NCBI RefSeq assembly: GCF_963921235.1
Contig: NC_086097.1
Location: 120,282,001 to 120,346,000 of the forward strand
Reading direction: 5' to 3'
Length of the DNA stretch: 64,000 nucleotides
Origin: Mobula hypostoma
Lineage: Eukaryota
Part shown: positions 61,415-64,000 of the stretch, piece by piece
Numbering within the stretch: the stretch's first letter is position 1
How the letters are laid out: the number at the start of each line of letters is the position of its first letter
Translations under genes and position numbers: made by a program
The notes under the pieces: generated by a model
What the model saw: only the letters and a program-made list of their open reading frames with translations
The model's database searches: none
What the model was told of the DNA's origin: nothing

Positions 61415-61805
61415 GCTGGAGGAGGCCTATGAAAAGAAAAAGTTGAAGTACTAAGACTAGGTGGAGGAGTGCTGCAGCAGGTGCTGGTGGGCACACTGCA
61501 TGCCCTTAGAGGTGGGCTGCAGAGGCTTTGCTGGTCAATCCCTCTGTCAAGTCCACAGCCAGATGGGCACCTCAGGAGCCCAGAAGAGGCAAGCCGTCAG
61601 GAGCACCATAGAGGCATCAGAGTGAGCCTCGAGACGGCTGTTGATCAGGAGGAGTGGCCGGGGCAGAATGCTACTCAGACACAAGTCGGGGCCTGATCAA
61701 CCCTGGCTGGGTCGCCCAGACGTGGATGTCTGATGTTGAAAGTCCTGAAACACCCTGTGATCACAGGTTGCATCACTGATGATGGGTCTGAGCGCATCGC
61801 CAGAA
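61415..61805 (+). mobile_element. Hero/R2-group retrotransposon 3' end
   Basis: LEEAYEKKKLKY*..PLEVGCRGFAGQSL..ASRRLLIRR (REL endonuclease C-terminus) plus 3' UTR. Confidence 0.8.
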
Positions 61806-62719
61806 GTACCATTCTATTGATCGTATGCATTGCCCCTCACCGTACCAGATGGTGATGCAGGCAGTTAGAAGGCTCCAACCACTTTTATCCTTAGATGCGT
61901 TTCTTTAATTGTGATCAATATTTGGATGCCTTCCTGATCCAAAATCTCAAGCTTTCTCCAGAACAACTTTCATTCTAATTCCCTCCCTTGCACCAGTCAT
62001 GCCTCGCCCCAATATTTTCAAGATAATCCAGTTATTTATAACTCACATTTTGTTGATTTAAATACTAGGCGATAATTAATAACCAACACTGCCAAGGAGC
62101 AACTGAGCAACAGAAGGTGATGCAACTATTTGCTTTCATTGTACCTGCTGTTTGTGTTCTCCATTTACCTATTTGTCTTCTTCATGATCTCTGTTTACTT
62201 GGACAGTTTTACCAATGTATTTTTATTTTATTTCTGTCCTTTATACAAAAAACCCCTCCATCCTCTGAGATTCATATCACACTTAATTGAATTTATCATT
62301 GAATGCTATTTGCATCTACTTGTTCCTCACCGCCCACATATGTCAGCATTTGCTGAATTAACAGATGCCTACAAACTGCTGGATTTCCATCAACATATTC
62401 CAAGTGCTTCTCTCGTCCTTTCAACCTTCACAGAGAGATAAACAGATCAACAAGGGTTGGGTTATAAGATGCTTCTAATTAAAAAATGACTCATTTCTAC
62501 TTCAGCCAATTCATTTTCTTTTTGGTCAAAAAAAAAAATACATTTAACATCTGAACATTTAGATCGCTAATAATGCAGCCAGTTACGTGAAATTAATTAT
62601 CAAGTCAGTTTGCATAGAATGTAAACCAAAGTTTCCACTCTCACTAAATTATTCAGAGGCAATTAAGGAGTAGAACATAAAAATAATACAGTATTTATTT
62701 TCTTCCTGTTGCCTTTGTC

Positions 62720-63100
62720 TGCATGTAACATTTATAATGAAGGCACCTGGACAATTGTTGTAGGAGTTGTGGTACAAGATGATAAGAGGCATGCAGTATA
62801 GAATAGATAGTCAGAGACCTTTTCCCGGGATGGAAATGGCTAATACAGATGGGGTATAATTTTCACTGGAGGAAAGTGTAGAGGGACATCAGAATTAAGT
62901 TCTTTACACAGAGAGTGGTGCGTGCAAGGAATGCCCTGCCAGTGTGGTGATAGAGTCAGTTACATGAGGGCATTTAAGAAATTCTTAGATAGAGGGCTAT
63001 GTAGGAGGGAAAGATTGGATTGATCTTAGTGTAGGGTAAAAGGTCAGCACAACACTGTTTGCCGAAGGGCCTGTACTGTGCTGCAAAGTTCTATGTTATA
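62720..63100 (+). mobile_element. CR1 3' end, decayed
   Basis: tttacacagagagtggtg..gaagggcctgtactgtgctg. Confidence 0.8.
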
Positions 63101-63489
63101 ATTTTTAAAAATTAAAAAAGTGCTTTAGATGCTTTAGCATGTTAAGATTAGGTATTGCATAATATAGCAGAAATGGTAATCAGGATTGTCAAACTGGGAA
63201 GATAATTGTTTTAAATCTGTATTATCTAGATATTTCTAGTGGCAAATGTATTGTGTTATCACGTTGTCACATGCTTTCACACAGAGTTATGAACAAAGTG
63301 CCTTCACATGAAAATCTTATTACCTTCACTTCACAAAATCCAACAGACAGATCTGACATCTTGTCAAAATCCATCAGTAGCAACAGGAAATCTTCAGAAG
63401 GTCAGATAGCATCTTCACAGAGTGAAACAAACTTGGATATTTAGTTTGAAGACCCTTCATCAGAACTGGGAAGGGTAATGTAAGGCCAC

Positions 63490-64000
63490 GAACATGAAAT
63501 AGTACCCACACACTCACACAGCTTTAGATCATCTAGACAACACAAACACCTATATCAGGATGCTGTTCATCGACAATAGCTCAGCATTTAATACCATTAT
63601 TCCCACAATCCTAATTGAGAAATTGCAGAACCTGGGCCTCTGTACCTCCCTCTGTAATTGGATCCTTGACTTCCTAACCGGAAGACCACAGTCTGTGTGG
63701 ATTGGTGATGTAGTCATAAAGAAGGCAAGACAGCGGCTATACTTTATTAGGAGTTTGAAGAGATTTTGCATGTCAACAAATACACTCAAAAACTTCTATA
63801 GTTGTACTGTGGAGAGCATTCTGACAGGCTGCATCATGGTCTGGTATGGAGGGGCTACTGCACAGGACCGAAAGAAGCTGCAGAAGGTTGTAAATCGAGT
63901 CAGCTCCATCTTGGGCACTAGCCTACAAAGTACCCAGGACATCTTTAGGGAGCAATGTCTGAGAAAGGCAGCGTCCATCATTAAGGACCTCCAGCACCCA
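63490..64000 (+). mobile_element. Rex1/Babar LINE with internal deletion; runs off the window
   Basis: [17 protein letters not shown]; near-identical to 53410-53493 and then to 53886 onward. Confidence 0.9.

Noticed and set aside
61728..61756. Hammerhead-like ctgatg..gaaac in the Hero 3' UTR
   Set aside because: The core reads CTGATGT rather than CTGANGA and I could not form the required stems

Overview
This is eukaryotic, vertebrate-type DNA made up mostly of transposable-element debris. No host protein-coding gene could be confidently identified, and there is no sign of prokaryotic operons, CRISPR arrays or rRNA/tRNA genes. The repeat mix (abundant CR1 LINEs with (CATAGAAA)n-type tails, V-domain SINEs, Rex1/Babar, Neptune-type Penelope, Tc1 derivatives) suggests an intron or intergenic region of a cartilaginous fish, probably a ray; that assignment is inference only. 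Almost every ORF in the track is a TE fragment or its antisense shadow. Elements with boundaries readable from TIRs, LTRs or target-site duplications (TSDs) include two hAT derivatives, a mariner derivative, RTE, Penelope, several SINEs, a solo LTR and three Gypsy-type elements. A full-length but disrupted CR1 is also present. The most notable observations are: (1) a 2-kb ORF1-only, HAL1-like L1 with a perfect 16-bp TSD; (2) a young Penelope copy with an open GIY-YIG domain and a minimal hammerhead ribozyme motif, plus several decayed copies of that motif; (3) a nearly non-coding two-LTR element with a 5-bp TSD; (4) RNase H-bearing (I/Nimb-like) and Hero-like LINE relics; (5) deep nested insertions that give a relative chronology; and (6) a few candidate minus-strand host exons.
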